Notes: a model not told the origin generated them from the letters alone. DNA of 64,000 nucleotides from an uncultured delta proteobacterium (GCA_963775425.1 CAVZJB010000011.1:800001-864000), one strand, 5' to 3'; shown: positions 50,583-61,355, counted from the stretch's first letter. Numbers and translations: made by a program.

Positions 50583-50713
50583 GTGGTCACCGTGGGCGCG
50601 AGGTGCGCGACGACAAACCAACGACGGCCAGCGACCATTCCGGGCGTGATCGGCGAGGGCGCGCGAGACATGGATCAAATGTAGGAACGACCTCGCCGGC
50701 TCGCTTCCCGTCG

Positions 50714-51607
50714 TCAGACCAGCCGCTGGCGCGCCGTCTCGACAATCGCGCCCACGCCGGGGTGCTTGATCTTCCGCTCGGTGGTGATGGCGTAGAAGGA
50801 CTCCTCGACCCCGCGCAACACGCCGGCGCGCTCAACGAGACCAAGGTCCCCGACCTCGGCGGCGAGGGCGGCGCGCACGGGGAACAGCCCGAACCCGTGG
50901 AGCCCGAAGGTGCGCATGGCCGCGGCGTCGTCGAACTCCCCCACCACGTGGGGCCGAATGCCTTTCTCGACGAAGAAGCGCTCGAGCAAGCGGCGCAAGC
51001 CGCTCTCAGGCCCGGGGACGAGGAACGGTGCCCCGTCGAGAGACTCGGGGAAGCGGTGGCGCACACGGCGCGCGAGCGAGCGCGTGCCGTACACGATGAT
51101 CTCGGTCTTGCCGAGGAGATGGCCGTACACGCGCGCCTGCCCTTGGGGCGGCAGCGCATCCGACAAGACGAGGTGCAACCGGTTGAGCGAAAGCTCGGCG
51201 ACGAGCGCGTTCAGCGTCGCCTGGCGATAGCTCACGCGGACGACCGCCGGCGCGCGCAGCGCGGGCTCGAGCAAGCGGAAGGCGACGGTGCGCGGCACCG
51301 CGCTCACGACGCCGATGTTCAACAACGCGCGCCGGCCGGTGCCGCGGCCGCGGACGAACTCGACGAGCTCGCTGCCGGTGAGGAAGATGTCGTCCGCGAA
51401 CGCGAGCACCTCCGTGCCGAACGGCGTGAGCTGCAGACCGCGCCCGCGGCGCGTGAACAGCGGGGTGCCGCAAAACTCGGCGAGCGCGCGGATCTGCGCC
51501 GAGATTGTGGAGTGCGTGACGTGCAGCTCGGCGGCGGCCTTGGAGACGCCGCCGGCGCGGGCCACGACCCAGAACGCGTGCAGGTGATTGTAGCTCAGCC
51601 ACTCCAT
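50714..51607 (-). CDS. nhaR: NhaR-like LysR regulator
   Basis: MEWLSYNHLHAFWVVAR, EFDD, FYAIT.ERKIKHP. Confidence 0.8.
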   Translation of the reverse strand: MEWLSYNHLHAFWVVARAGGVSKAAAELHVTHSTISAQIRALAEFCGTPLFTRRGRGLQLTPFGTEVLAFADDIFLTGSELVEFVRGRGTGRRALLNIGVVSAVPRTVAFRLLEPALRAPAVVRVSYRQATLNALVAELSLNRLHLVLSDALPPQGQARVYGHLLGKTEIIVYGTRSLARRVRHRFPESLDGAPFLVPGPESGLRRLLERFFVEKGIRPHVVGEFDDAAAMRTFGLHGFGLFPVRAALAAEVGDLGLVERAGVLRGVEESFYAITTERKIKHPGVGAIVETARQRLV

Positions 51608-51680
51608 GTCGGTTTTTTCGACCTTTCCTATCGATCTTTCGCAATAGACGACCGACCTGTCCATCGAAAATCATGGGTCC

Positions 51681-52190
51681 ATGCGAACGACGACGCTGAC
51701 GCTGTTGATGCTCATGCTCGCGCCGCTCGCGGCCTGCGCGGGCGGCCAGAAGAAGCCGGTCGCGCGGGCGGTGACGCCGGCGCCCGCCCCCGCACCCAAG
51801 CCGCAGGCGGCCGCGGCGCCCAAGCCGGCGCCGGCGCCGATCGCGGAGACGTTTCCGACGACGGACCCCCTGTACTTCGCCTTCGACTCCGCGCTTTTGA
51901 AGACGGAGAACGAGACGGAGCTGAAGGCGGTGGCCGCGTACCTCGTCAAGCACCCCGAGGCGCACATCCGCGTCGAGGGCAACACCGACACGCTCGGGAC
52001 CGCCGAGTACAACCTCGCGCTCGGCGAGCGGCGCGCGCGCGCCGCCGCGGAGTACCTGCTGCGCCTCGGCGTGAAGGCCGATCAGCTCAAGAGCGTCTCG
52101 TACGGTGAGGAGCACCCCGCTGTCCGCGGCGACGGCGAAGCGGTGTGGGCGCAGAACCGCCGTGACGTCCTGGTTCCGGGAGGGAGCTGA
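51681..52190 (+). CDS. pal: Pal/OmpA-family peptidoglycan-associated lipoprotein
   Basis: LAAC; YFAFDS, EGNTD..G..EYNLALGERRA, SYGEE.P, QNRR. Confidence 0.85.
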   Translation: MRTTTLTLLMLMLAPLAACAGGQKKPVARAVTPAPAPAPKPQAAAAPKPAPAPIAETFPTTDPLYFAFDSALLKTENETELKAVAAYLVKHPEAHIRVEGNTDTLGTAEYNLALGERRARAAAEYLLRLGVKADQLKSVSYGEEHPAVRGDGEAVWAQNRRDVLVPGGS

Positions 52191-52191
52191 C

Positions 52192-53172
52192 ATGAGGCCT
52201 GTCTCGCTGACCGTCGTCCCCTCCCACAACGCCGCGGGCGAGGAAGCCACCGCGCGCCCGTTCATCGCCGAGTGCGACGCCATGCGCTCCGTGCTCGCCA
52301 CGGTCGCGCGCATCGCGGGCAATGACGCCCCGGTGCTCGTCACCGGCGAGACCGGCACGGGCAAGGGCATCATCGCGCGCGCCGTACACGCCGCGAGCCC
52401 GCGCGCGTCGCGTCCCTTTGTCTCGGTCAACTGCGCGGCGCTTCCGGAGCCGCTGCTCGAGATGGAGCTGTTCGGCTCGGGCAAGCCCGCGCACCCCGGT
52501 GGGGCGCCCACGCGACGCGGCCTCTTCGTCGAGGCGCAGGGCGGGACGCTCTTCCTCGACGAGATCGGTGATCTGTCCGCGGGCATCCAGGCCAAGCTGC
52601 TGCACGTGCTCGAGCGTGCGGTGGTGCGACCGAGCGGCGAAAAAGATCCTGCGCCGGACGTGCGCCTCGTGACCGCCACGCACAAGAACCTGCACCGCGC
52701 GGCGGAGCAGGGCACGTTCCGCGAGGACCTCCTGTTCCGCCTCGACGTCATGTCCATCGAGCTCCCCGCGCTGCGCGATCGGGGCGCAGACTTCACGGCG
52801 TTGGCGGAGTTGGCGTTCAAGGCGGCCAAGGCGCGCCACCCGTCGTCGCCGGTGGTCGAGATCGGCGACGAAGCCATGGAGCGCCTGCGTGCACATCGCT
52901 GGCCCGGGAACATCCGCGAGCTCGAGGCGGTGATCGAGCGCCTGGTGGCCGTGGGCAATCGCTCCGTCGTCGGCGTCGACGATCTGCCGGTGCGCCTGGT
53001 GCGCCCGGCGCCGGCGCCGCCCTTCGGTGGCGACGTCATCCCCATCCGAACGCTACAACACCTGTATGCGCGCTGGGCCCTCGCAGAGCTTGGCGGCGTG
53101 CGCAAGCGCACCGCCGAGCGCCTCGGTGTCGACGTCAAGACGCTCGCCAAATGGCTCGCATATGACGGGTAG
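52192..53172 (+). CDS. bEBP-like AAA+/HTH regulator lacking GAFTGA and a sensor domain
   Basis: GETGTGK, VNCAA, FLDEIG, FREDL.FRL, WPGNIREL; C-terminal HTH. Confidence 0.88.
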   Translation: MRPVSLTVVPSHNAAGEEATARPFIAECDAMRSVLATVARIAGNDAPVLVTGETGTGKGIIARAVHAASPRASRPFVSVNCAALPEPLLEMELFGSGKPAHPGGAPTRRGLFVEAQGGTLFLDEIGDLSAGIQAKLLHVLERAVVRPSGEKDPAPDVRLVTATHKNLHRAAEQGTFREDLLFRLDVMSIELPALRDRGADFTALAELAFKAAKARHPSSPVVEIGDEAMERLRAHRWPGNIRELEAVIERLVAVGNRSVVGVDDLPVRLVRPAPAPPFGGDVIPIRTLQHLYARWALAELGGVRKRTAERLGVDVKTLAKWLAYDG

Positions 53173-53959
53173 GCGGCCGCCGCGCGCGCTCCGCCTGCTC
53201 ACTGTGACCACGCGCGTCCGATCCCTCGGGTCGCTGGTCGTCCTCGCTTTGCTCGCCGCGGGCCCCGCTTCTCCCGCCCCGACGGAGTCCACCGACGGCC
53301 GCGCCCCGCGCATGCAGTTCCGCGGCCGCACCTATCGCGTGGCGTGGCCCGACGGCGACGCGCGCGGCGTCCTCATCTTCATGCATGGCCTCTCGCGCCA
53401 GCCCTTCGTCGAGGAGGGCGAGGGCATGGCGGCCATCGCGCGGATCGCCAACGCCCGCGGCATGGTGGCCGTGTTCCCGCGCGCTCGCCGCCTGTGCGGC
53501 GCGGGCAAGCGCTGCTGGTCCACGGCCGACCCCGACGGGGAGCTCGGCTACGTCGACGCGCTCGTCGACCACCTCGAGCGCCAGAGCGGCGCGCGCTTCG
53601 ACGAGCGGCAAATCGTCGGCTTTTCCAACGGCGGGTTCCTCGTGGGCGCCGGCGTCGAGCAGGGGCTCCTCGACGACTACGGGCGCGTGGGCATCATCGC
53701 CGCCGGCCCCGTCGGACACGCCCGCCACCGCAGCCTGTCCGCGGCGCCGCCGATCTTCATCGAGGTCGGCACCGAGGATCGCTACCAGCGGGGCTCCACG
53801 GAGCGCCTCTACCGCCGCTTCGACGCCATGACCCCCAAGCAGCTCCTCTTCCGCGAGGTCCCCGGCCGCCACGTCATCAACGCCGCGCGCGCCGAGTCGT
53901 TCCTCGCCTGGTTCTGGAAGGACGACACCTCGTCGCACCGCGCGCTCACCGAGCGCTGA
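53162..53959 (+). CDS. Secreted alpha/beta hydrolase (esterase)
   Basis: MHG, GFSNG nucleophile elbow, GTED, PGRH. Confidence 0.8.
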   Translation: MTGRRPPRALRLLTVTTRVRSLGSLVVLALLAAGPASPAPTESTDGRAPRMQFRGRTYRVAWPDGDARGVLIFMHGLSRQPFVEEGEGMAAIARIANARGMVAVFPRARRLCGAGKRCWSTADPDGELGYVDALVDHLERQSGARFDERQIVGFSNGGFLVGAGVEQGLLDDYGRVGIIAAGPVGHARHRSLSAAPPIFIEVGTEDRYQRGSTERLYRRFDAMTPKQLLFREVPGRHVINAARAESFLAWFWKDDTSSHRALTER

Positions 53960-54052
53960 GGTGTCTCGCGCGGCCGTCAAGGACGACATCGTCGCGCGCG
54001 TCGTGCTGACACACGTCGCTGCGGGCGCGTGGCCGGCGTGCAAAAAGGGGAC

Positions 54053-55516
54053 ATGGTGTTCGCGGCGGTCCAGAAGCATCCGCGATATCGCGTCTCGGTG
54101 CCCGTCGAGGTCGTCGGCGCCGCCGGCGACGCCACAGCGCTCCGGCTCGAGGACATCTCGCTGGGCGGTGCGTTCATCCGCACGCCCATGCCGCACCCGC
54201 CGGGGAGCTTCGTGCGCGTGCGCTTGCCCATCCCCGACGCGCCGGCGCTGATGGGCCGGGTGGTGCACGTGATCGACGGTGCCTCGAGCGTCGTCAAGTC
54301 GCGCGCGCCCGGGATGGGCATCCAGTTCGACGGCCTCTCGCCGGCCAACGAAGAGTCGCTTCGATGCTTCGTCGATCGTCTCATCACCGAGCAGCGGCGA
54401 TCGCGCGCCCGTCGCGGCGACGCCCGCTTCGTCGACGACGCGCATGTGCAGGTGACCAAGGACCGGGGGGCGCTCGCGCGCCTGTGGGCCAGCGGCCTCG
54501 CGGAGGGCGCCCTCGAGGTGGACGGCGAGGGCCGCGCCGGCAACCGGGTCGTCGTCGACATCGGCCCGCTGCGCTTCGGCGCGGACGTGTTGGATGCGCG
54601 GCCGGCGTCGGCGACGCTGCGCCTGGTGGACATGCAGGGCGACAAGCGCGACGCCCTCGCCCGCTTCATCGCCGGCGTCGACAACGTCATCCGCGTAACC
54701 CCGGCGCGCGCGCCGGATCCGCTTCTCGCGCGGGCGTTGGCGGAGGCGCGCCGGCTGTGCACCGGCGTCGAGGGCGGCGACGCGCTTGTCGGGCTCGGGC
54801 TGCCCCGGGGCTCGACGGGGGATGCGGTGCGCGCGCGCGCCGCGGAGCTCGCGGCGCTGTTTTCCACGGAGCTCCCGGACGCCTCGCCGCCGCAACGGGT
54901 GCGCTTGGCGTCGGCGGCGCGCGTGCTGATCGACGTGGAGAAGGCGGCACACGCCCTGATCGGCGAGCTCCTGCCGCCGCCCCCCGCCGCACCGCCGGCC
55001 GAGCAGGTCTCCGAGCGCCTCGCGGAGCTGCTCGACGAGGCGACGTTCCTCGAGTCGGTGGGCCGCTACGAGGAGGCGCAGGAGGCGTTGCACGAGGCCG
55101 TCGCCGTCGACCCGGACGACGTCGAGGTCGCGCGCCGCCTGCTGGCGTTGAACGACGCCATCGATCGGGCGCACGCGCTCGACTTGTTGAAGGACGTCGC
55201 CGGCGCCGCGCGCGAGGACGCCGTCGCGCGCGCGCGCAAGGCGATCGATCTGTCGTCGTCGCGGGACGTGCTCATGCGCGCGCTGCGCGTGTTCTCCACG
55301 GCGAGCGCGGACGCGGACGCCGTGGCCGTGGCCATCCGCTGCGTCGATCAGAATCCCACCGACGAGCTTCCGCTGTTCGCGCTGCTCCACCTGCACGAGG
55401 CCGCGGGGCGGTACCGCGAAGCGGCGCGCGCCGGCGAGGCGCTCCTGCGGCTCCGCCCGGAGGACTTCGCGCTGAAGGAGCGCGTCCGCCTCATCGTCCG
55501 CGCCGCGCGCGGCTGA
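54053..55516 (+). CDS. PilZ-domain protein with TPR-like C-terminus
   Basis: KHPR...DISLGGAFI...GMGIQF; TPR-like GRYEEA...AVAVDP and LRLRPED. Confidence 0.8.
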   Translation: MVFAAVQKHPRYRVSVPVEVVGAAGDATALRLEDISLGGAFIRTPMPHPPGSFVRVRLPIPDAPALMGRVVHVIDGASSVVKSRAPGMGIQFDGLSPANEESLRCFVDRLITEQRRSRARRGDARFVDDAHVQVTKDRGALARLWASGLAEGALEVDGEGRAGNRVVVDIGPLRFGADVLDARPASATLRLVDMQGDKRDALARFIAGVDNVIRVTPARAPDPLLARALAEARRLCTGVEGGDALVGLGLPRGSTGDAVRARAAELAALFSTELPDASPPQRVRLASAARVLIDVEKAAHALIGELLPPPPAAPPAEQVSERLAELLDEATFLESVGRYEEAQEALHEAVAVDPDDVEVARRLLALNDAIDRAHALDLLKDVAGAAREDAVARARKAIDLSSSRDVLMRALRVFSTASADADAVAVAIRCVDQNPTDELPLFALLHLHEAAGRYREAARAGEALLRLRPEDFALKERVRLIVRAARG

Positions 55517-55603
55517 CGCCCTCCCGGTGGCAGCGTTCCCGAGTGAACCGCGCGCGGCACGCGGCTATCATCGGGCCGTGGACTCCGCCGCCGAGGCACG
55601 GGC

Positions 55604-56488
55604 ATGAGCAATCGTTTCGTCGTCGTGGGGTCTTGCGTCGTCATCGGTGTGCAGCTCGTGGCGCCGCTGGTGTTGGGCGTGCCTCAGATGCTGAAGAAGG
55701 ACGCGCCGCTTCGCCGGCGACGAGGGCGCGCCGGCGCGAAGGCCGCGGCGGCCGATGACGCCGCCGTCGACCGCCTCGCGCCGCTCGCGTGCCCCAACTG
55801 TCACGCGCCCGTGCCGCTCGCGGGGCGCTCCTTCCCGTGCCCCTCCTGCGGCGCCGAGGTGGTCCCGCCCGCCGACTACGCCGTCGCCCTCGTCAAGCAC
55901 GCCGAGGCCGAGCGCGTGCTCGCGCGCGCGGAGCGCGTGTGGCGCTGGTCGCGGTTCAGCTCGGCGTTCATCACCGTCTGGCTCGCCCGCCTCGCGATGG
56001 TCGCGTGGAGCCTCGCCGTCATCGCCGCGGCCGTCTTCGTCGACGACGTGGGTTGGCCGTCGCCGGTGGCCTTCCTCGCCGGCATCCTCGCTCTGGTGCA
56101 GCTCCTCGTCGGGCTCGCGCTCGTGTCGGTGTTCGCCGACATGAAAAAGACGTTGCCGCCGCTGCCCAAGCGGCGCGCCCTCGCGATCGACGCCGGCGCC
56201 GGCGCGTGCCGCGGCTGCGGCGCCCCGGTGGCGTTCGCGGCCGGCCGGCTCGCGGTGACGTGCGGCTACTGCAGCGCGGTCACCTACCGCGCGGCGCTCG
56301 CCCGCGCGGGCCGCGAGACCGCGGAGCGGGGGGACGCCGAGGCGCGCACGTCGCTGCTCGACGCGGTCGGTGCGCTCGACAAGCGCCGGAACGAGGTCAC
56401 GTTGTTCCTCGGTTTCCTGGCCATCGCCGAGATCTTCTACGCGGTGGTGCTCGCACTCGGCTCCGCCTACGACCTCGTGCTCGGCTGA
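55604..56488 (+). CDS. Membrane protein with two zinc ribbons
   Basis: CPNC..CPSC and CRGC..CGYC flanking TM helices. Confidence 0.7.
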   Translation: MSNRFVVVGSCVVIGVQLVAPLVLGVPQMLKKDAPLRRRRGRAGAKAAAADDAAVDRLAPLACPNCHAPVPLAGRSFPCPSCGAEVVPPADYAVALVKHAEAERVLARAERVWRWSRFSSAFITVWLARLAMVAWSLAVIAAAVFVDDVGWPSPVAFLAGILALVQLLVGLALVSVFADMKKTLPPLPKRRALAIDAGAGACRGCGAPVAFAAGRLAVTCGYCSAVTYRAALARAGRETAERGDAEARTSLLDAVGALDKRRNEVTLFLGFLAIAEIFYAVVLALGSAYDLVLG

Positions 56489-56874
56489 CTCCAGAGCGCT
56501 TCGAGGATCGCGTCGGCGATCTCCGCGTCGTCGATGACGAGGGAGGCGCCGAAGTCGAGGATGGACTCGAGCTCGTCGACGTCGACGGTGCCGGAGGGGG
56601 CCGTGACGAGGACGGGGACGCCGGCGAAGCGCCCGTCGAGGGTCGGCAGCGCCTCTGCGGCGACCACGACGGCGTCGAATTCCTCCGCGTCGCCGCGGAG
56701 CTCCTCGACGAAGCTCACCGTGAAGCCGCCGCGCTCGAGGCGCCGCCGCGTCAGGCGGCGGGTGAAGACGCCTTCGTCGACGACCAACACGTGCCGGCCG
56801 AGGCCGGGGAAGTCATCGTCCGACGGGACGTTCGGTTCGAGCGCGAGGCCGGGGAGGAGCGAGAGGTGGCGCAT
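56467..56874 (-). CDS. Small degenerate receiver-like protein
   Basis: VLVVDE...LE..GF.V...FDAVVV...VPVLV; lacks the phospho-Asp and Lys. Confidence 0.5.
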   Translation of the reverse strand: MRHLSLLPGLALEPNVPSDDDFPGLGRHVLVVDEGVFTRRLTRRRLERGGFTVSFVEELRGDAEEFDAVVVAAEALPTLDGRFAGVPVLVTAPSGTVDVDELESILDFGASLVIDDAEIADAILEALWSQPSTRS

Positions 56875-56996
56875 GCCCTCTCCATCGGCACACGCCTGCG
56901 GATCTGAAGGCGGCGGGGCGCGGCGACGCCGCCGTCAGCAGACCGTCCTTGCGGCCCGACGGGATCACGGTCGTTAGCGTGAAGGAGGAGGCCAGC

Positions 56997-57449
56997 ATGG
57001 ACGTCATCGACAAGCTCAACGACATGATCGCCCTCGACATCGACGCCGTGCACGCCTACGAGGCCGCGATCAAGAGGCTCGAGGCCATCGAGCTTCGCCA
57101 ACAGCTCCGCCAGTTCCAGGCCGATCACGAACGCCACGTCAGCGCCTTGTCCGCCGTCGTCGTCAAGCTCGGCGGAACGCCGCGCGCCCGCGGTGACGTC
57201 ATGGGCGTGCTCCGCCAGGGCTTCACCGCCGTGACCGCGATGATGGGCGACGAATCGGCGCTGCGCGCGATGAGGGGAAACGAAGAGATGCTCGCGAGGG
57301 CATACCGGGCGGCGCTCGACGCCTTGTGGCCGGACGAGGTGAAGACGCTCCTCGAGCAGAGCTACGCGGACGAAGAGCGGCACCTCGCGTTCGTCACCGA
57401 GGCGGAGAAGATGCGCCGCGGCTACGACGAACCCCGGCGGGTGCCCTGA
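56997..57449 (+). CDS. Ferritin-like protein (DUF2383/PA2169 type)
   Basis: AAGGAGG RBS; LDIDAVHAYE, DHERH, NEE, DEERH. Confidence 0.85.
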   Translation: MDVIDKLNDMIALDIDAVHAYEAAIKRLEAIELRQQLRQFQADHERHVSALSAVVVKLGGTPRARGDVMGVLRQGFTAVTAMMGDESALRAMRGNEEMLARAYRAALDALWPDEVKTLLEQSYADEERHLAFVTEAEKMRRGYDEPRRVP

Positions 57450-57488
57450 CGCGCTCTCGGAGGGACGAGAAGATCTCCTCCGATCGTC

Positions 57489-57504
57489 CGGCACGGGGGT
57501 TGCC
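57489..57504 (+). promoter_or_regulatory. Putative sigma54 promoter
   Basis: CGGCACGGGGGTTGCC, near consensus, upstream of the ATG at 57516. Confidence 0.6.
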
Positions 57505-57515
57505 GTACCGAGGAC

Positions 57516-60290
57516 ATGCGCACACCGCCGCCAGCCCGTTCGCGCCGCCCCACGGCACCTGTCACCGCCCTCGCCGCCGTCGTCGTCATGCTCGCCGCGT
57601 CCGCGCGCGCCGGCGGGGATCCCGCCGACACCGCGGCGAGCCCGTCCGACACACCGCCCGCACACGAAGAGCCCGCACACAAGACAGCGCCCACACACCC
57701 CACCGCGCCCGGGACGCCCGGCGACGCCGCCGCGCCCGCCAAGCCCCGTGACACGCGCCACGCGCCCCGCGCCCCGCGCGACGCCGCGGCCGACGCCGCG
57801 CTCCTCGCCGCCATGCTTCGCCTCGAGCACGCGCTCGGCGAGACCGATCCGCGCGCGCGCGCCACGGAGACGGGCGACGCCGTGCGCGGCCTCTCCGCGC
57901 TCGACGATCCGCGCGCGGTGCCGGCGCTGCTCAGGCTCTCTCGCGCACCGGAGGTCGCGCTTCGCTTGAGCGCGCTCGGCGCGCTCGGCGCGTTCCTCGA
58001 CGATGAAGCGGCGCGCGCCCGGCTCGAGGAGACGCTCGCGCCGGGGACGCCGGCCGAGGACGCAGCGGTGGCGCTGCCGGCCCTCCTCGAGGCGGCCCGC
58101 AGGTTCCCGGGCGCGAAGTCGGTGCCATGCCCCGCCGGCGGCACCTGCGTCGACGACGGCGTCCTGCTCGACGCGCTGCTCGCATACGCCGACGCGGGCG
58201 CCGCCGCCGCCACCGCCGCCAGCGCCGCCGCCGCCGATCGTCCGCCCGCGGAGGCACGCCTGTCGCGCGCGGACGCCGTCACCGCCGTCGGCGCGCTGCG
58301 CGACCCTCGCGCGTTGCCGTTTCTCTGGCGGCTCTCCGCGGCGCCCGACGACGCCTTGCGCGCGGCGTCGCTGCACGGGCTCGCGGCGCAGGCGGCACAG
58401 CCGATGGCCAGGAAGCGGCTGCTCGAGGTGCTCGCCGCCGCGCCGTCGCCGGGCGACCGAGGCATCGCCGCCGGGGGCCTCGCCGCGCTCGCCGGTGACG
58501 ACGTCACACAGGCGCTCCTCGCGGCGCGCACGCGAGAGCAGGACGCCGGCGTGAAGAAGGCGCTCGAGGCCGTCCTCGGCAAGCGCGCGCCCGAGAAGCT
58601 CGCGGCGCTCCTCGAGGACGAGCGCCGCCGCCTCGCCGAGGAGGAGAACGCCCCCGACACGTTCGACACGCAGATGCGCTACACGCTCGCGGGCGTCGCC
58701 GGCCTCGGCGCCGCCGTCGGCAGCGCGGCGGCGTCGTCGGTGGTGGCCGATCAGAATCGCGCCGGGCAGCGGCGCCTGCTACGGCATCTGGGGCGCGTGC
58801 GCGGGCGGGGCCAGCGCCGCGGCGATCGGCTGGTTCGGTCTCGGCGATCGACGCATCGACGCCGCGCAGGTGGAGCTCGCCGCGTCGGCGAGCGTCTGGG
58901 GCGCGTGGGCGGGCCTGCTCGTTCCGCCCACCATCGGGCCCGCGGCGACCAAGGACGTGCGCCACATGGTGTACGCCGCGGCCGCCGGACAGCTCGTCGG
59001 CCTCACCGCGGGCACGGTCGGCGCCGTCGTCGCGCACCCGACCCAGGCGGACGTCGGCGAGATGAACGTCGTCGTTGTCGGCGCCAACGCGCTCACCGCG
59101 GGGCTCATCCTGTCGCTCCCTCCCTCGCCGGACGCGCGGCCGCTGTGGGGCTCGCTCATCGGCGCCACCGTGGCCGGTGCCGCCGGCGGCGCGCTGCTCG
59201 CGCCGCGCCTGACGCTCGACGAGCACGACCTGCTCCACGTGGCCGAGACCGCGGGCGTCGGCTTCGCCGCGGGGCTCGCCGTCGGCGGCGCCGTCTTGCC
59301 GTTCGACGAAGGGCACGGCGGGCTGCTCCTCGCGGGACCGCTCCTCGGCGCGGGCGTCGGCGCGGCCACCGGCGTCACGCTCGGGCAGCTTCACCTCACG
59401 CCCACCGACGGCGGCATGATCTACGAGGCGTGGGCGGCGGCCGCGGGCGGCGCCTTCGGCCTCGGCGGCGGCCTCTTCGTCGACGCGCTCGCGAACCCCA
59501 CGGCGGTCACCGCCTCGCCGACCCTGTGGCTCGGCGGCGCCGCGGTGGGCACCGTGCTCGGCGCCGCGAGCACCGCGTGGTTTCCGTCGGGCATCCCGCA
59601 GGACAGCGGCGACCTCATGCTGCAGCCGCTCTTCGTCGGCTTCGGCCTGTATCACGGCGCGGCGCTCGCGAGCCTCGCCAACGTCGACCCGCGGCTCGTC
59701 GGCGCGACCGCGCTCCTCACGCCTGCGCTCGTGAGCGCGGGCTTGGTCTACGCGGCGCCTTACGTGCGCGCGTCCACGGGCGACGTGTTGATGGTGGCCT
59801 CGATGATGGGCTTCGGCGCGTACTTCTCGGCGATGGGTCTGTTCTCGGCGACGGGCCACGGGACGGACGTCCCGGCGTACGGCTGGGTGCTCGGGACGTC
59901 GCTGGCGATGGACGCCGGCGTCGCCGGGGGCGTCGCGCTCGATCTCCTCGACATCGATCACGTCGGGTGGCGCACCACGTACGTCGCCGCCGTCGCCGCG
60001 GGCACCACGCTCGTGCTCTCGTTGCCCGGGGCGCTCGTGGCGCAGTCGACCAACGGCGCGGTGCAGGTGCCCGACGTGCTCCTCGCGTCGAGCGTGGTGG
60101 GCGTCGCCGTCGGCCTCCTCACCATGCCGCTCATCGACTTCCGCATCGCCCCGGACTGGGGCCTGTCGCAGCGCCCCGAGGAGACGAAGACCGCGAGCGC
60201 CGTGCGCGTGACGCCGACGCTCCTCGCGGTGCAGCCGCTCGCGGACGAGAGCGAAGCACCGCTCGCGCTCGGCGTAGTCGGTCGCTTCTG
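57516..60290 (+). pseudogene. Secreted HEAT-repeat and Gly-rich membrane protein with a +1 frameshift near 58755
   Basis: Signal peptide; DPRAVPALL and DPRALPFL repeats; removing one A at 58755 joins it to the ORF ending GVVGRF. Confidence 0.7.
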
Positions 60291-60307
60291 ACGACGCCTG
60301 CTGAGCG

Positions 60308-60955
60308 TCACGCGAGCGCGCGCGCGAGGACGGCCGTCAACCGCGCGCCCGCGTCGTCGAGATCGGCGCCGAACGCGACGACGCCGTCCTCGTGGCCGCC
60401 CATGACGAACACGCGGACCTCGCGCAGGCGCGCGCTCGTCCACAGCCGCGCGACCTCCTCCGCCATCGCCACCGTGCCGTAGCCGACCTCGGCGCGCGTG
60501 GCCGGGAGCGCGAGCGCCGCGGCCGCGCGAAAGATCGGCGGGGCGTGCACGTGGAGCACCGCGCGCGCGTGGGGGACGGCGTCGTAGACGGCGCCGTGCG
60601 TGAGGGACTCGCTCGAGGGCAGGGAGGTGCCCCGGCTGGTGACCCGGTTTCTCCGCAGGTCCCACGCCTCGACGACGCAGGCGTCGTCGAGGTCGAAGCT
60701 CCGCTTGTCGCCGAGCTGCGTGGCCGTGACGAGGAACGCGCTCTTTTGTCCGCGGGGGCCGCGAAACGGCGGCACGCGCTCGCTCAGGTTGCCGAAGCCG
60801 ACGCCGCCGTAGCGGGCGGGGTCGACGCCGACGAAGCCGAGCGCCATCAGCACGGCGCGCCACCCGCCGAGCGCGGCGGCCGCCGGCGCGAGCGCCGGGT
60901 CGAGCGGCGTTCGCGTGTGGGCGGCCTGGAAGTGGATGACGCCTTCGCGCTCCAT
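60308..60955 (-). CDS. Class II aldolase/adducin-family protein
   Basis: GNLS.R, PSSESLTH..VY, AVLHVH, YGT..MA, GGHEDG. Confidence 0.88.
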   Translation of the reverse strand: MEREGVIHFQAAHTRTPLDPALAPAAAALGGWRAVLMALGFVGVDPARYGGVGFGNLSERVPPFRGPRGQKSAFLVTATQLGDKRSFDLDDACVVEAWDLRRNRVTSRGTSLPSSESLTHGAVYDAVPHARAVLHVHAPPIFRAAAALALPATRAEVGYGTVAMAEEVARLWTSARLREVRVFVMGGHEDGVVAFGADLDDAGARLTAVLARALA

Positions 60956-61355
60956 CGGCGCGAAGCTACAGCGCGGCGGGCATCAAGGGCAGCGGTCGAC
61001 GGGCGCCGCGTCAACGACGCTGACGGTGCCGCTCGGCAGGTCGACGTCGAGCGCGTGCCAGCGCGCGCGCGTGGCCGAGAGCGAGCGGGAGACGGTGGCC
61101 ACGGGCGCGGGGTCGTCGTCGAGGATGACGTCGACGGTGGCGAAGGTGGCGCCTAGATGACTACGAGCGTCACCGTGTACGTCCGTGGGCGTGAGCGAGG
61201 AGCCGCACGTCTGCGTGGTGGTGCGTCGTTTCATTCGTTGGGTCTCAGAGGGACGATCGTCGTCGACACGAACCGTTCGCGGGCAAACGGAAGCGAGCGC
61301 TGTCCTCCCGTTGCCGGATTCGCGTCCCGGCCGGCCGCGCAACAAACCATGACCA

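Noticed and set aside
57516-60482. 988-aa ORF taken as the real product
   Set aside because: After 58755 it becomes Arg-rich off-frame sequence and overlaps the aldolase gene; a frameshift explains it better
61260-61320. GGGCAAAC segment as a c-di-GMP-I riboswitch
   Set aside because: No GNRA-capped P2 and no downstream receptor stem could be built
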